Origin: Myxococcota bacterium
Lineage (GTDB): Bacteria > Myxococcota_A > Polyangia > Polyangiales > Sandaracinaceae
Length of the DNA: 64,000 nucleotides
NCBI GenBank assembly: GCA_036149055.1
Contig: JAYZQJ010000019.1
Coordinates: forward strand, 1 to 64,000
Reading direction: 5' to 3'
Shown here: piece after piece, positions 49,417 through 59,800 of the stretch
How positions within the stretch are numbered: position 1 is the stretch's first letter
Layout of the letters: every line of letters starts with the position of its first letter
Notes under the pieces: model-generated
Told to the model about the DNA's origin: nothing
What the model saw: only the letters and a program-made list of their open reading frames with translations
The model's database searches: none
Made by a program: the position numbers and the translations under genes

Positions 49417-49986
49417 ATGACCGTCGCCGAGTGGCTGAAGGGTGAGGGCGCGCACCACGACCTGGTCGAGTGGGCGAGCGCCCACGGGGACGACTGGGAC
49501 GCGCTCTGGCGGGCCTGCCCCCGGGGCGACTGGCTGCTCGGGATCGCGGCGCGCCGCGGCGTCGATCGGCGCGCGCTCGTCGAGGCGGCCTGCGCGTGCG
49601 CCGCGCTGGCCTTCGATCACCTGCCCGAGGCCGAGACGCGCCCGCAGGCGGCGGTCGAGGCGGCCCGCGCCTGGGTCGCCGGCGCCGACGACGAAGCCGC
49701 GCGGGCGCGGGCGAGCGCGGACGTCGACGCCGCCATCGAGGGGGCGCCCGATCCGGCGGTCGCCGCCGCCGCCACCGCGGCCCTCGCCTGCCTCGGCGCG
49801 ATCGACGATCCCTCCGAGGCCGCGACCGCCGCCGCCAGCGCGATCCACGCCGCGGCCCTCGACGCCGTCGACTGCGGCCTCGGGAGCGCGGTCCGCTACG
49901 CCCAGGCCGAGACCGCCGACCGGGTCCGCGCGGTCTTCCCCGCCCCGCCGTCCGATCAGAGCGACGCCGTTCAGAGCAACGGGTAG
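49417..49986 (+). CDS. Ala-rich helical protein, Imm5-like putative immunity family
   Basis: WRACPRGDWLL..AACACA..ETRPQAAVEAARAWVAG; family assignment tentative. Confidence 0.6.
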   Translation: MTVAEWLKGEGAHHDLVEWASAHGDDWDALWRACPRGDWLLGIAARRGVDRRALVEAACACAALAFDHLPEAETRPQAAVEAARAWVAGADDEAARARASADVDAAIEGAPDPAVAAAATAALACLGAIDDPSEAATAAASAIHAAALDAVDCGLGSAVRYAQAETADRVRAVFPAPPSDQSDAVQSNG

Positions 49987-50711
49987 GCCCCGAACAGGCA
50001 GCAGGCGCCGAAGAGGGTCACCAGCAGGAGCGCGGGCGCGAGGGCGGCGAACGCCGCGCGTCCATCCGAGAGGCCGTGGCTGTGCTTGGCCACCATGGCG
50101 AGCTCGCCGATGAGCCACAGCTCGGTGGCGAGCACCAGGACCGTCGCGACGACCGGGTTGGCGGAGACCCGCGTGAACGCGAACACGAACGGGTAGAACA
50201 CGAGCGGGGCGTGCGCGTAGGCGCAGCCCCAGACGCTGGCCGCGATCCCTCGCCCGCCGGCGAGCCGCACGGCGGCGTGGAAGGCGACCGCGCGGCCGAG
50301 GAACAGGGCCCCGTGGAAGATCATGAGGCCCACGAAATGCAGCACCGCCAGGGGGACCGCCGCCTGCCACCTCAGGAGCGCGGGGACGGTGGCGGCCGAG
50401 CTCACCGCGGCCAGCGGCACCAGCAGCGTGACGAGGTACACCAGGGCGGCGCTCCATCGGCCCGGCGCGGCGCCGGCGAAGGTGGCGCTCGAGCGGAACA
50501 GAACGTCGGTGGTCGTTCGCCACCATCGCTCGACTGCGCCGCCGACCGGCCGCTCCCAGGCGATCCGATCGAGACCGAGACGGGCGCGACAGGCGGCGCA
50601 GCTCTCGGCGCTCCCGCCCATGCACTCCGGGCACACGAGATCCCCGCAGCGCGCGCAGAGGGTCTCGGCCGGCGCGTCGGGGTGCCGCCCGCACCGGGCC
50701 TGCTCGGGCAT
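49971..50711 (-). CDS. B-box-like zinc finger plus Yip1-like membrane protein (paralog 3)
   Basis: CGRHP..CARCGDLVCPEC..CAAC, IAWER, about 5 TM helices. Confidence 0.75.
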   Translation of the reverse strand: MPEQARCGRHPDAPAETLCARCGDLVCPECMGGSAESCAACRARLGLDRIAWERPVGGAVERWWRTTTDVLFRSSATFAGAAPGRWSAALVYLVTLLVPLAAVSSAATVPALLRWQAAVPLAVLHFVGLMIFHGALFLGRAVAFHAAVRLAGGRGIAASVWGCAYAHAPLVFYPFVFAFTRVSANPVVATVLVLATELWLIGELAMVAKHSHGLSDGRAAFAALAPALLLVTLFGACCLFGAYPLL

Positions 50712-50798
50712 CTCCAACGTCACTGCGTCTCCATCAACACACGGAGACTTGCACGATGCCAGGGTGCGAGTCGAGGGTGCAAGTCGAGGCTGCCGGTC

Positions 50799-51209
50799 GA
50801 GTCGAGAGGTGGCAAACCATGGCGCGGGGGCAGTCCAAGCCCGCCTCCGCGACGACTGACCCGAGACGACTGACCCGAGACGACTGACCCGAGACGACGG
50901 ACCCGAGACGACGGACCCGAGACGACGGACCCGAGACGACTGACCCGAGACGACTGACCCGAGACGACGGCAGGCGACGAGCACAGCGAGGTCGCCGCAC
51001 ACGCCACCACCTGTGTTCGATCCCGCGGCAGCGGGCGGCCAGCGAGCGCGCAGCGCGAGCGCGAGCCGCAGGGCCCCCAGCGCCCCGCGCTGGGGTCGCG
51101 GGGCCAGCGCGCGAAGCGCGCGAGGCCCCGACGGAGTCGGGAGGGGGGCCCCATTGGCGCTTTGCCCAATGGGGGGAGGGTTTGCACCAAACCCTCCAAC
51201 AAGCTCAGC
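50799..51209 (-). repeat. Structured dispersed repeat, copy 2 (411 bp including the tandem expansion)
   Basis: Reverse-complement homolog of 44137-44448. Confidence 0.9.
50851..50962. repeat. Tandem repeat, 8 x 14 bp gacgac(t/g)gacccga
   Basis: Counted directly; variant order t,t,t,g,g,g,t,t; no spacers. Confidence 0.95.
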
Positions 51210-51741
51210 GCTTCACGTCGTCGAGCAGCCAGGGCTCGAAGTCGGGGTCTCCCTGGCTGGCGTGGTGCAGCACCGAGATGTCGCCCGTGCCCTCGAAGAC
51301 GACCGCGCGCACCTGCGAGAAGTTGTGCACGTTGGCCTCGCGCAGCTTCGCGCGGAGGTCGTCCTCGGTCACCCGCGCCTTCGCGAGGTTGGCCTTCAGG
51401 ATGCGCTCGCCGTCCATCAGCAGCAGCGGCGAGTTGTCGATCGCGCGGTGGAAGCGGTCGAAGCGCCGCCGCAGAACACTGATCACCCGCTGGGCGACGA
51501 ACAGCGTCGCGAGCCCGGCGAGCCCCTGCCCGAGCGAGATGCTGTCGGAGATCATCGTGCTCGCCATCAAGGTGCCGACGCCGACGGTCATCGCGAAGTC
51601 GTAGGAGCTCATCTTCGAGAAGCTCCGCAGCCCGTTGATCCGCACCGCGAGGATGACCGAGAGATAGACGACGACGCCGGTGACCGCGACCCGGATGAGG
51701 GTCCCCAGCTCCGGCAGCTCCTTGGCCCAGTCCACATCCAT
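51205..51741 (-). CDS. DUF421/YetF family membrane protein, 178 aa
   Basis: GLRSFSKMSSYDF..PLLLMDGERIL..LRAKLRE..VRAVVFEGTGDISVL. Confidence 0.88.
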   Translation of the reverse strand: MDVDWAKELPELGTLIRVAVTGVVVYLSVILAVRINGLRSFSKMSSYDFAMTVGVGTLMASTMISDSISLGQGLAGLATLFVAQRVISVLRRRFDRFHRAIDNSPLLLMDGERILKANLAKARVTEDDLRAKLREANVHNFSQVRAVVFEGTGDISVLHHASQGDPDFEPWLLDDVKR

Positions 51742-51827
51742 GCCCGGCGAGGGCTGCAACGCGCGGTCCGACCGGCTCGCGCGGGCGCGCGCCTCACGCG
51801 GGCGGGGCGCCTCGCCCCGATCGGGGC

Positions 51828-52844
51828 TCAACGACTCGCGGCGAAGTTCTGCGTCCAGAGCGGCTCGCCGCCCGCGCTGAGCGCGTGGCCCACGCCCAGG
51901 AGCCGGAAGCTCGGGTTCATGATGTTCCGGCAGTGCCCCTCGGAGGTCATCCAGGCGTCGACCACCGCGCGCGCGGTCGGCTGGCCGCGGGCGATGTTCT
52001 CGCCGAGGAAGGTGCCGGGGAAGCCGGTGGCCGCCACCCGGTCGCCGAGGGTCCGGCCGTCGAGGCTGTCGTGGCTGAAGTAGCCCTGGTCGGCCATGTC
52101 CTTGCTGTGGAGGCGCGCCGAGAGGCGGAGGAGCACGTCCATCTCGAGCGCGGGCGCCGGGCCGAATTCTTCGCCGCCGCAGACCGCGCCCGCCGCGCGC
52201 CGCGCGTTCGTCTCCTCGAGCACGCCCCACTCGAGCTCGGTCCACGCGGTCGGCCAGTCGTCGCCGGGATCGACGCACTCCGGGGTGAAGCAGTCGTCGT
52301 CGTCGCAGTCCACCAGCCCGTCGAGGTCGTCGTCCTCGCCGTTGCCGCAGAGCGTCTCCTGCCCCGAGATGCGCAGCGTGAAGTCGCCGACGTCGTCGAC
52401 CCCGGCTCCGTCGACGACCACCGTGATCGTCTCGCACTCGTCCAGCTCCGCGACCAGCTCGGAGTGCGAGCCCGAGGGCGCGTCGTCGTTGCACGCGAGG
52501 GCCCGCCCGCCGCAGCTCCCCTGCCGGAGGGTGAGCACCGTGTCGATCGCGCTGCCCGCGGTGCTGAAGGTGAAGCGCCCCGCCCACGGCGCGGTCCACT
52601 GGAAGCTCGCGTCCTCGATGGTCACGCCGCCGCCGACCACGCAGCGCGCGTCCCCGTACTGATCGTCGCGCCCGACGGTGCTGCCGTGGTGCACGAACGG
52701 GAAGAGCCCCCCGACGTCCTCGTCGCAGCTCGAGGGCTCGCGGGCCGGGCAGTGGGCCGCCCGATCGACCATCGGCGTGGGCGCGGGCTCTCCGCCTTCG
52801 CAGGCGGTCAGGAGGAGGAGCGAGGCGAAGATCAGGCGGCGCAC
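51828..52844 (-). CDS. CAP/SCP-domain lipoprotein with PPC-like domain
   Basis: Lipobox LTAC; ARLHSKDMADQGYFSH, GENIARG, WMTSEGHCRNIM; GTG start inferred from the TATGCT box. Confidence 0.88.
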   Translation of the reverse strand: MRRLIFASLLLLTACEGGEPAPTPMVDRAAHCPAREPSSCDEDVGGLFPFVHHGSTVGRDDQYGDARCVVGGGVTIEDASFQWTAPWAGRFTFSTAGSAIDTVLTLRQGSCGGRALACNDDAPSGSHSELVAELDECETITVVVDGAGVDDVGDFTLRISGQETLCGNGEDDDLDGLVDCDDDDCFTPECVDPGDDWPTAWTELEWGVLEETNARRAAGAVCGGEEFGPAPALEMDVLLRLSARLHSKDMADQGYFSHDSLDGRTLGDRVAATGFPGTFLGENIARGQPTARAVVDAWMTSEGHCRNIMNPSFRLLGVGHALSAGGEPLWTQNFAASR

Positions 52845-52865
52845 GCGCGGAAGCATAGCGACTGC

Positions 52866-53705
52866 TCAGTCCGGCAGCAGCGCGAGCTCGAGCAGCAGCC
52901 ACGAGCCGCCGAAGATGCAGCCCGCCCCGAGCACCAGCAGCGCGAGGAACGGCGCCCAGCCCGCGAAGGCGGCGCGTCCGGAGGGGAGCCGGTGGTGCAC
53001 CCGGGCCGCCGCCACGAGCCCGATCGCGACGAGCGCCTCGACGCCGAGCAGCAGCAGCAGCACGAGGAGCCCCCGCACCGGAGCGGGCACGAGCTCGAGC
53101 GCGAACAGCCCCGCCGTGAGCAGGTACGCTCCGTGGGCATACCCGGCGGACCAGAGGCTCACCCGCCAGCCTCGACGAGAGCCCGAGAGCCTCGCGGCGA
53201 GGTGAAAGGCCAGCCCGCGGAGCGCCGCCCACCCGATCTGCGCGAGCGCCGCCCCCAGCAAGAGCGAGAGCCACACCACAGCGACGCCGAGCGCCACGCC
53301 GGGCCGGGGGGGCCGTACGTAGGAGCTCCAGCCGCGGTACAGCACCACCCCCAGGGGCGCGATCGCCTGCGCGACCCCCACGAGGGCCACGAAGGTCAGC
53401 GCGCGCCGCCAGTCGCCGGCCGCGGCGCCCTCGATCGTGCGGACGGGCGCGAGCACGAGGCGGCGAGCGGTGACGAGCCACCGGCGCCACCACGCACCGT
53501 CGGCGGTCTCCCAGGGCAGCGGCGCGCCGCCGCCGACCCGCTCGCGACACGCCTCGCAGAGATCGTCCCGGAGCGCCTCGTGGTCCAGGCAGCGCTCGCA
53601 CACGTTGTTGCCGCAGCGCGCGCACGTCCGGATGGCGGCCGCGTCGTGGACCGCGCAGACGGCGCCCAGCGCGACCGTATCGTCGCTCCCGTGGTCCTCG
53701 CTCAC
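52866..53705 (-). CDS. B-box-like zinc finger plus Yip1-like membrane protein (paralog 2)
   Basis: CAVH..CARCGNNVCERC..CEAC, LPWE; GTGA overlap with the upstream paralog. Confidence 0.78.
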   Translation of the reverse strand: MSEDHGSDDTVALGAVCAVHDAAAIRTCARCGNNVCERCLDHEALRDDLCEACRERVGGGAPLPWETADGAWWRRWLVTARRLVLAPVRTIEGAAAGDWRRALTFVALVGVAQAIAPLGVVLYRGWSSYVRPPRPGVALGVAVVWLSLLLGAALAQIGWAALRGLAFHLAARLSGSRRGWRVSLWSAGYAHGAYLLTAGLFALELVPAPVRGLLVLLLLLGVEALVAIGLVAAARVHHRLPSGRAAFAGWAPFLALLVLGAGCIFGGSWLLLELALLPD

Positions 53706-54553
53706 GGGTCGAGCCACGGCATGCTCGCGAAGAACACGATCGTGAGCACGCAGCAGCCGAGGCCGAGGACCGTGAACACCAGGAACGGCATCCAACCGGC
53801 GAGCGCGGCGCGGTTGGGCGGCAGGTCGTGGCGCACCCGCGCGAGCGTGGTCAGCTGGATCGCGGTCCACACCTCGATGGCCAGATACACCAGCATCGAG
53901 ATCACCGGCCCGACGACCGGCAGGTTGCCCAGGATGGCGGCGACGAGCGTGGTCAGCTGGATGGCGTGCACGTAGCTCGTGCCCCAGACGCTGACCGCGA
54001 GCCCGCGCCCGCCGCCCGAGATGGCGACGCCGGCGTGAAAGATCAGCGCGCGCATCCCCACCATGAAGAGGTGCCAGCCGACGAGGATGAGCGGATACGC
54101 CACCGCCACGCCGATCGCGATCGCGGCGAAGAGCGGATCCTGGGCCTCCGGCCCGATCACGCTCTCCCACATGCCGAACGCGAGCAGGCACCCCGCGCCG
54201 CAGAGGAGAAGCGACGTCTGCACCGCCGCCACCGCGCCCCCCGTCACCGCCGCGTACCCGAAGGCCGCCGTCCACGGCCCCGGCGCGCACCCCTCGAGGG
54301 TGTCGGTCGGCCGGAGCAGCATCTGGCGAGTGGTGTTCAGCCAGCGCCGGAACCAGGGCTCGCCGGCCCGCTCCCAGGGGATGACCCCGCCGCCGACGCG
54401 CTCCCGGCAGCTCTCACAGTGATCGGGCAGCGCCCCGTCGGGCTCCAGGCAGGCCGGGCAGACGTTGTTCCCGCAGCGCGCGCACGTCCCCGTGGCCGCC
54501 GCCCCTTCGTGCGCGGCGCAGACCGCGACCGTCGTCTCCGGCGTCGGCTCCAT
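53702..54553 (-). CDS. B-box-like zinc finger plus Yip1-like membrane protein (paralog 1)
   Basis: CAAH..CARCGNNVCPAC..CESC, IPWER, about 5 TM helices. Confidence 0.8.
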   Translation of the reverse strand: MEPTPETTVAVCAAHEGAAATGTCARCGNNVCPACLEPDGALPDHCESCRERVGGGVIPWERAGEPWFRRWLNTTRQMLLRPTDTLEGCAPGPWTAAFGYAAVTGGAVAAVQTSLLLCGAGCLLAFGMWESVIGPEAQDPLFAAIAIGVAVAYPLILVGWHLFMVGMRALIFHAGVAISGGGRGLAVSVWGTSYVHAIQLTTLVAAILGNLPVVGPVISMLVYLAIEVWTAIQLTTLARVRHDLPPNRAALAGWMPFLVFTVLGLGCCVLTIVFFASMPWLDP

Positions 54554-54608
54554 CGCCCGGAGCCTGCCACCCTCCCCCCGCCCTCGTCCACGCTCCTGCC
54601 GCGCTGCA

Positions 54609-56858
54609 CTACTCGAGACGGACGGCGCCGTCTCGGGCGGTGACGAGGACGCGGCGATCCCGGAAGGAGGGGTCGGACGCGATGCGGGCGGCGAGCGGGG
54701 TGAAGACGCGCTCCTCGATCACGCGGCGCAGCGGGCGGGCGCCGTAGCGAGGGTGGAAGCCGAGCTCGGCGAGGCGATCGCGGGCGTCGGGGTGGACCAC
54801 CAGCTGGAGGTTCCGGCGCTGCAGGCCGGCGCGCGAGAGCGCCTTGCGGAGCTCGAGATCGCAGACCCGGCGCACGTCCTCGCGGTCGAGGTGGCGGAAG
54901 CTCACCACCTGATCGAGGCGGTTGACCAGCTCGGGGCGGAAGCGATCGCGGACCGCGCGGGCGAAGTCGTCCCGGGGCGCGGCGTCGAAGCCGACCGGCG
55001 CGCGCTCCCCCGCGCCGACGTTGCTGGTCAGCACGATGACCGTCATGCGGAAGTCGACGAGGCGGCCCATCGCGTCCGTCAGGCGCCCCTCGCCGAGCAC
55101 GCCGAGCAGCAGATCGAAGACCTCCGGGTGCGCCTTCTCCAGCTCGTCGAAGAGCACCAGCGAGAGCGGCTGACGGTGGACCTGCTCGGCGAGGCTGGTC
55201 ACGCCGCGGCCCACCTGCCGGAGCCGATCGACCGCGCCTGGCACCATGTACTCGCTCAGGTCCACCCGGACGAGGCGCCCCGCGTCGCCGAAGAGCACCC
55301 GGGCGAGCTGCTTGGCGAGCTCCGTCTTGCCCACGCCGGTCGGGCCGACGAAGAGGAGGTTGCCGAGCGGCCGCTCGGGGTCGGCCAGCCCGGCCTTGAA
55401 GCGCGCGAGGACCCGGCCGGCGCCGTGACACGCCGCGTCCTGGCCGATGACGCCCTCGCGGAGGCGCGCCGCCATCTCGTCCACGGTGGCCGACGCCTCG
55501 TCCGCGATCAGCTCGGCCGGGAGCCCGACGTGGCGCGCGTACCAGCGCGAGGCGTCGGCCGGGTCGACGCGGCCGGGGCGCTGCTGAGCGAGCCAGTCGA
55601 GCATCGCGAAGCCCTTGCCGGGGAAGCGCTGGTGGCGCCCGAACGCGTCGAGGTGCCGCACGAGCCGGTCGAGCGCCGCCGGGTGCACGTCGAGCTCCTT
55701 GCGCGCGGCCCAGGTGCGCATCAGCGCCACCACGCGAGCGCGGGAGGGCTCCTCGATCCGGACGATCCGGAAGGCGTCGAGGAGGCGGCCGGCGCGGCGA
55801 CGCGCCTCGACCAGCTCGCCCTCGGTGCACTCCGCGATCACCGGGAGCTGCCCGCCCATCACCGCCGGGGCGAGCAGCTCCGCGATGGAGCTGCCGTCGC
55901 CCTGGGGCCGGAGCAGGGGCGGCAGCGGGCCGAGGTAGAGCAGCTCGTCCTCGCCCTCGAGCTCGCGCACCATGTCGAGCACGCGCTCCTGCCACATGCC
56001 GAGGTAGATCATGCCGGCCAGGATGCGGTCCGCGCTCGTGGCCCAGAGCCGCGCGGGCACGTCTCGACCGGCGCGCTGCTGACGGAGCAGCCAGCGTGCG
56101 AGCCGTCGCACGAAGGTCGTCTTGCCGACGCCGCGCTCACCCACCAGCAGCAGCGAGGGCCGGACCGGCTGGGCGAGCGCGCGGACCTCCTCGTCGAAGA
56201 CGGGGTCCTCGCCGATCACGGGCGCGAGCTTCTTGCGGCCGGCGCGCTCCACCCACTCGTCGGCCACCGCCTCCATCGTGCGCGTCTCGCCCCGGCCGAA
56301 GGCGAGCGACAGCTCGAGCGCGCGCGGCGCCTCCTTCTTCAGCCACTCCGGGGTCCAGGGCACCACGCGCTCCTCGCCCTGGCGACGGAAGGCGAAGAGC
56401 CACGCGGGGTCCTCACCGAGGAGGGCGCCGCTGACCGCCTGCTCGAGCACCTTCGCGGCGCTCTCCAGGCTCTCGAGCATCAGCCACCAGCGGAACCGCG
56501 GGAGCATCACGCGGTAGGCGCCGCCCTTCATCTGGCACCACACGTAGGAGAGCTTCAGCGGGACCTCGCGCGCGCCGACCACCGGCTGCCGCTCCACCAC
56601 CGAGGCCGGGTGGATCGACAGGGGCACGGTCCGCACGTGGAGCTCCTCGCTCCAGAGGTAGCGGCCGAGCTCGTCCTCGCGGGTGGCGAGGAGCCCCCGG
56701 AGCGCGGCGTCGAGCTCGGCGAGCGCGTCCTCCAGCGTCTCGGCGTAGGCGCTCGGAGGGAGCTCGTCGAAGAACGACTCGCGGGTGCGGACGAGGGTCG
56801 CGAGGACCCGGCCGTCGTCGAGCTCGACCACGTGCACGCGGAGGCTCTTCTCGATCAC
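54609..56858 (-). CDS. Atypical ClpA/B-like double-AAA+ ATPase, short form (749 aa)
   Basis: GERGVGKT; FPGK; GVIGQDAA; GPTGVGKTELAK; FDELEKAHP; RPELVNRLD; YGARPLRR. Confidence 0.88.
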   Translation of the reverse strand: MIEKSLRVHVVELDDGRVLATLVRTRESFFDELPPSAYAETLEDALAELDAALRGLLATREDELGRYLWSEELHVRTVPLSIHPASVVERQPVVGAREVPLKLSYVWCQMKGGAYRVMLPRFRWWLMLESLESAAKVLEQAVSGALLGEDPAWLFAFRRQGEERVVPWTPEWLKKEAPRALELSLAFGRGETRTMEAVADEWVERAGRKKLAPVIGEDPVFDEEVRALAQPVRPSLLLVGERGVGKTTFVRRLARWLLRQQRAGRDVPARLWATSADRILAGMIYLGMWQERVLDMVRELEGEDELLYLGPLPPLLRPQGDGSSIAELLAPAVMGGQLPVIAECTEGELVEARRRAGRLLDAFRIVRIEEPSRARVVALMRTWAARKELDVHPAALDRLVRHLDAFGRHQRFPGKGFAMLDWLAQQRPGRVDPADASRWYARHVGLPAELIADEASATVDEMAARLREGVIGQDAACHGAGRVLARFKAGLADPERPLGNLLFVGPTGVGKTELAKQLARVLFGDAGRLVRVDLSEYMVPGAVDRLRQVGRGVTSLAEQVHRQPLSLVLFDELEKAHPEVFDLLLGVLGEGRLTDAMGRLVDFRMTVIVLTSNVGAGERAPVGFDAAPRDDFARAVRDRFRPELVNRLDQVVSFRHLDREDVRRVCDLELRKALSRAGLQRRNLQLVVHPDARDRLAELGFHPRYGARPLRRVIEERVFTPLAARIASDPSFRDRRVLVTARDGAVRLE

Positions 56859-59800
56859 GGCGTCCCCCGCTCGCGGCTCGCGCGCAGCCAGACCAGCGGG
56901 CGCAGCGCGTCGATCGGCCGCCGCGACCGCTCCACGATCACCTGCCCGCTCGGGTAGTCCTCGATCTCCAGCGGGGCCGCCTCACCCGGGCGTGGCGGCG
57001 GGTCGAAGCGCAGGCGCCGGACCGCCGGGAGGAGGCCCGCCGGGTCGGGCGGCAGCGGGGACTCTCCCCGCTCGAGCGCCCGCTCGAAGCGCCGCGCCGC
57101 GTCGTCGTGCGCCTCGAGGACCGCAGCGCAGGACTCGGCGTCGTGGAGGGTGACCCGCACGATCTCCGCGCCCGACAGGAGCGACGACCAGACGTGGCAG
57201 CCGCGCTCGCCCTCGAGGAAGCTGCGGGTCGCCACCCCGTAGAGCTCGAGGACCAGCTGCGTCGGCCGGGTCGCGAGCAGCGCGCGCAGATCGACGGCCT
57301 CGCCCGACGCCTGGATCTCGCCGTCCGGGGTGCGCGCCGCGGCCGCCACCAGCTCGCCGCGCAGCCCCGCGTAGAGCTCGGCCAGCCACCCGAAGAGCCC
57401 GTCCGGGGCGCGGTCGTAGCGCGGCGGGCGCCGGCCCTGCCCGACCCGGAGCAGCTCGAGGAAGACGCGATGCTCGGCCGGCTCGGCCAGGCGCCCCACC
57501 GCGCGCTCGAGCAGCGTGATCTCGCCGACGCGCCGGAGGATCTCGTTCTTGGAGAGCGCAGCCGAGGGCCCGCGCACCGCCCGGCGGTCGAGGCGCTTGA
57601 CCTTCGACTTGAGGCGCCAACCAGAGTCCCCCTCGGAACGCTCCCGCACCGCGTCGACCTCGAGCTCGCGCGCCACGTCGGCGTTCGCGTGGGTCCGCAG
57701 ATCCAGGTCGGCGCGCAGCGCCTCGAGATCGGCCCGGAAGCGGTCGAGCGCGTAGAGCGTGCTGGCGCCCCGCGCGTCCCCACGCCCGACGCGCTCCATC
57801 AGCGCGCTCCGCCGCGCCTCGAGCGCCTCGAGCGCCTCGCTCTCCTGCAGGTCGCGGGTCCGGGCGAGCAGGCGCGGGAGGAGCTTCACCAGGGACGACG
57901 CCGGCTGCTGGAGCAGCCCCTCGAGCGCGTGGCGCGCGTCCTCGAGCGGCGCCTCCACCAGCGCGTCGATGTGCAGCCGGTACGCCTCGCCCTCGACGTA
58001 GACCCGCGCGATCCGCATCTCCGCCCGACTGCCGCGGGCGAGCTCGTCCGACAGGAGCGCGCCCACCGTCGCCTCGAGGTGGCGCTTGACGCTCCGGGCG
58101 CCGTCGCGCGCGTCGAAGGCGTCCTCGGCCATGCGCTTCACCGCCTCGGGGTGAGGGAAGACGAAGACCCGCCGGTCGGTCAGGCCGCGCCGCGCGAGGA
58201 GCTGCGCGAGCTCCTTCTCGCAGACCCGCTCGGCGACCTCGGGCGTGAGCGGCGCGAACGGCACCACGCGATCGATCCGGTTGAAGAGCTCGGGCGGGAA
58301 GAACTCGCGCACCGCTCGATCCACGTCGCGCAGCACCGCGTCCGCCCGCTCACCGAAGCCGACCGCGGCCCGCGGCTTGGCGCCGAGGTTCGAGGTCATC
58401 ACGATCACCGCGCGCCGGAAGTCGGTGACCGCGCCCCCCGCGTCCGTCAGCCGCCCCTCGTCGAGCAGCTGCAAGAGGAGCTGCAGCACCGCCGGGTGCG
58501 CCTTCTCGACCTCGTCGAGCAGCACCACGCAGAACGGCTGCTGGCGCACGGCGTCGGTCAGCTGACCGCGCGGATCGAAGCGATCCCCGATGAGGCGCGC
58601 CACCGAGTCCGGCCCCGTCATCTCGCCCATGTCGACGCGGACGAGGCGCGACTCGTCGCCGTAGAGGAAGCCGGCCAGGGCCTTGGCCATCTGCGTCTTG
58701 CCGGTGCCGGTCGGCCCGGTGAAGAGGTAGGTCGCGAACGGGCGCTCGGGGTCGGTGAGCCCGGCGCGGATGCGCGCGACCAGGTCCACCGCGGCCCGCA
58801 CCGCCTCGTCCTGCCCGAGCACGTGCTGCGCGAAGCTCGCCTCGAGCGCGTCCGGGTCCAGCGAGGCGTCGGGGCGGAGCAGCACCTCGGGCAGGCCGGT
58901 GCGGCGCGCGAGGAAGCGCACCACCGCGTCGCCGTCGATCTCGACCTGGGCCTCGACCTCGACCTGGGCCTCGAAGGAGGCGTCGGCCGCGAGCCGGCGG
59001 AGGAGATCGACCGCGACCCCGGGCCGCGCGGTCCCGGGGTGGAGCGTCTCGCCGAGCTGCAGCACCGCGCGGTACACGTCGGGCGTGAAGGCCACGCGGC
59101 GGCTCGGCTCGAGCTCCCGCGCCTCGTGCAGCAGCAGGTGCATCGTCTCGGCCGGGTCGGTGGGCGTGACCCGCAGGGTGGCGAAGCGGTCGGCGAAGGT
59201 CGGCGCGTGCTCCTGCAGGCGGTGCCACTCGCTCGGCGTCGCCTCGCCGATGATCGTGATCTCGCCGCGGGCGACCGGGCCGCGGAAGAAGTCGGCCAGG
59301 CTCCGGTCGCTCTCGCGGCTGCGCCCGGCGGTCCCGAAGGCGTGGAGGTCCTCGACCCACAGCACGACCCGCGGGTCGGTCGCCTCGTGCGCGAGCTCCA
59401 CGCAGCGCTGCTCCCACTCGCCGATGTGGCTCATGCCGGCGAGGATGCGCGCGGTCGACACCCGCCAGACCTCGTGCGCGCGGTCCAGGTTGCGGTGCGA
59501 GGGGAAGTCGTCGGCCTCGAGCAGATCGCTCGCCCAGCGGTGGAGCAGCGTCGTCTTGCCCACGCCCGGCGGGCCGAGGAGCACCACCGGCTGCTTGCGG
59601 GGGCCGTCGAGCAGCTGCCCGAGCTGCGCCCGCCAGGGCTCGCGCGGTCGGCCCAGGGGGATCGCTCCGTCGGCGATCCGGGCGGTGAGGTTCTCGCCGA
59701 GCGCGCGGAGCTGCTTGCGCCCGTACCGCGACCGTCGCTTCTTCTTCTTCCGCCGGCCGCGATCGGGGTCGAGCTCGAGGTCGGCGAACGGGTCCGGATC

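Noticed and set aside
50851..50962. Tandem array as a CRISPR locus
   Set aside because: Units are 14 bp and contiguous with no unique spacers, and no cas genes are in the window.
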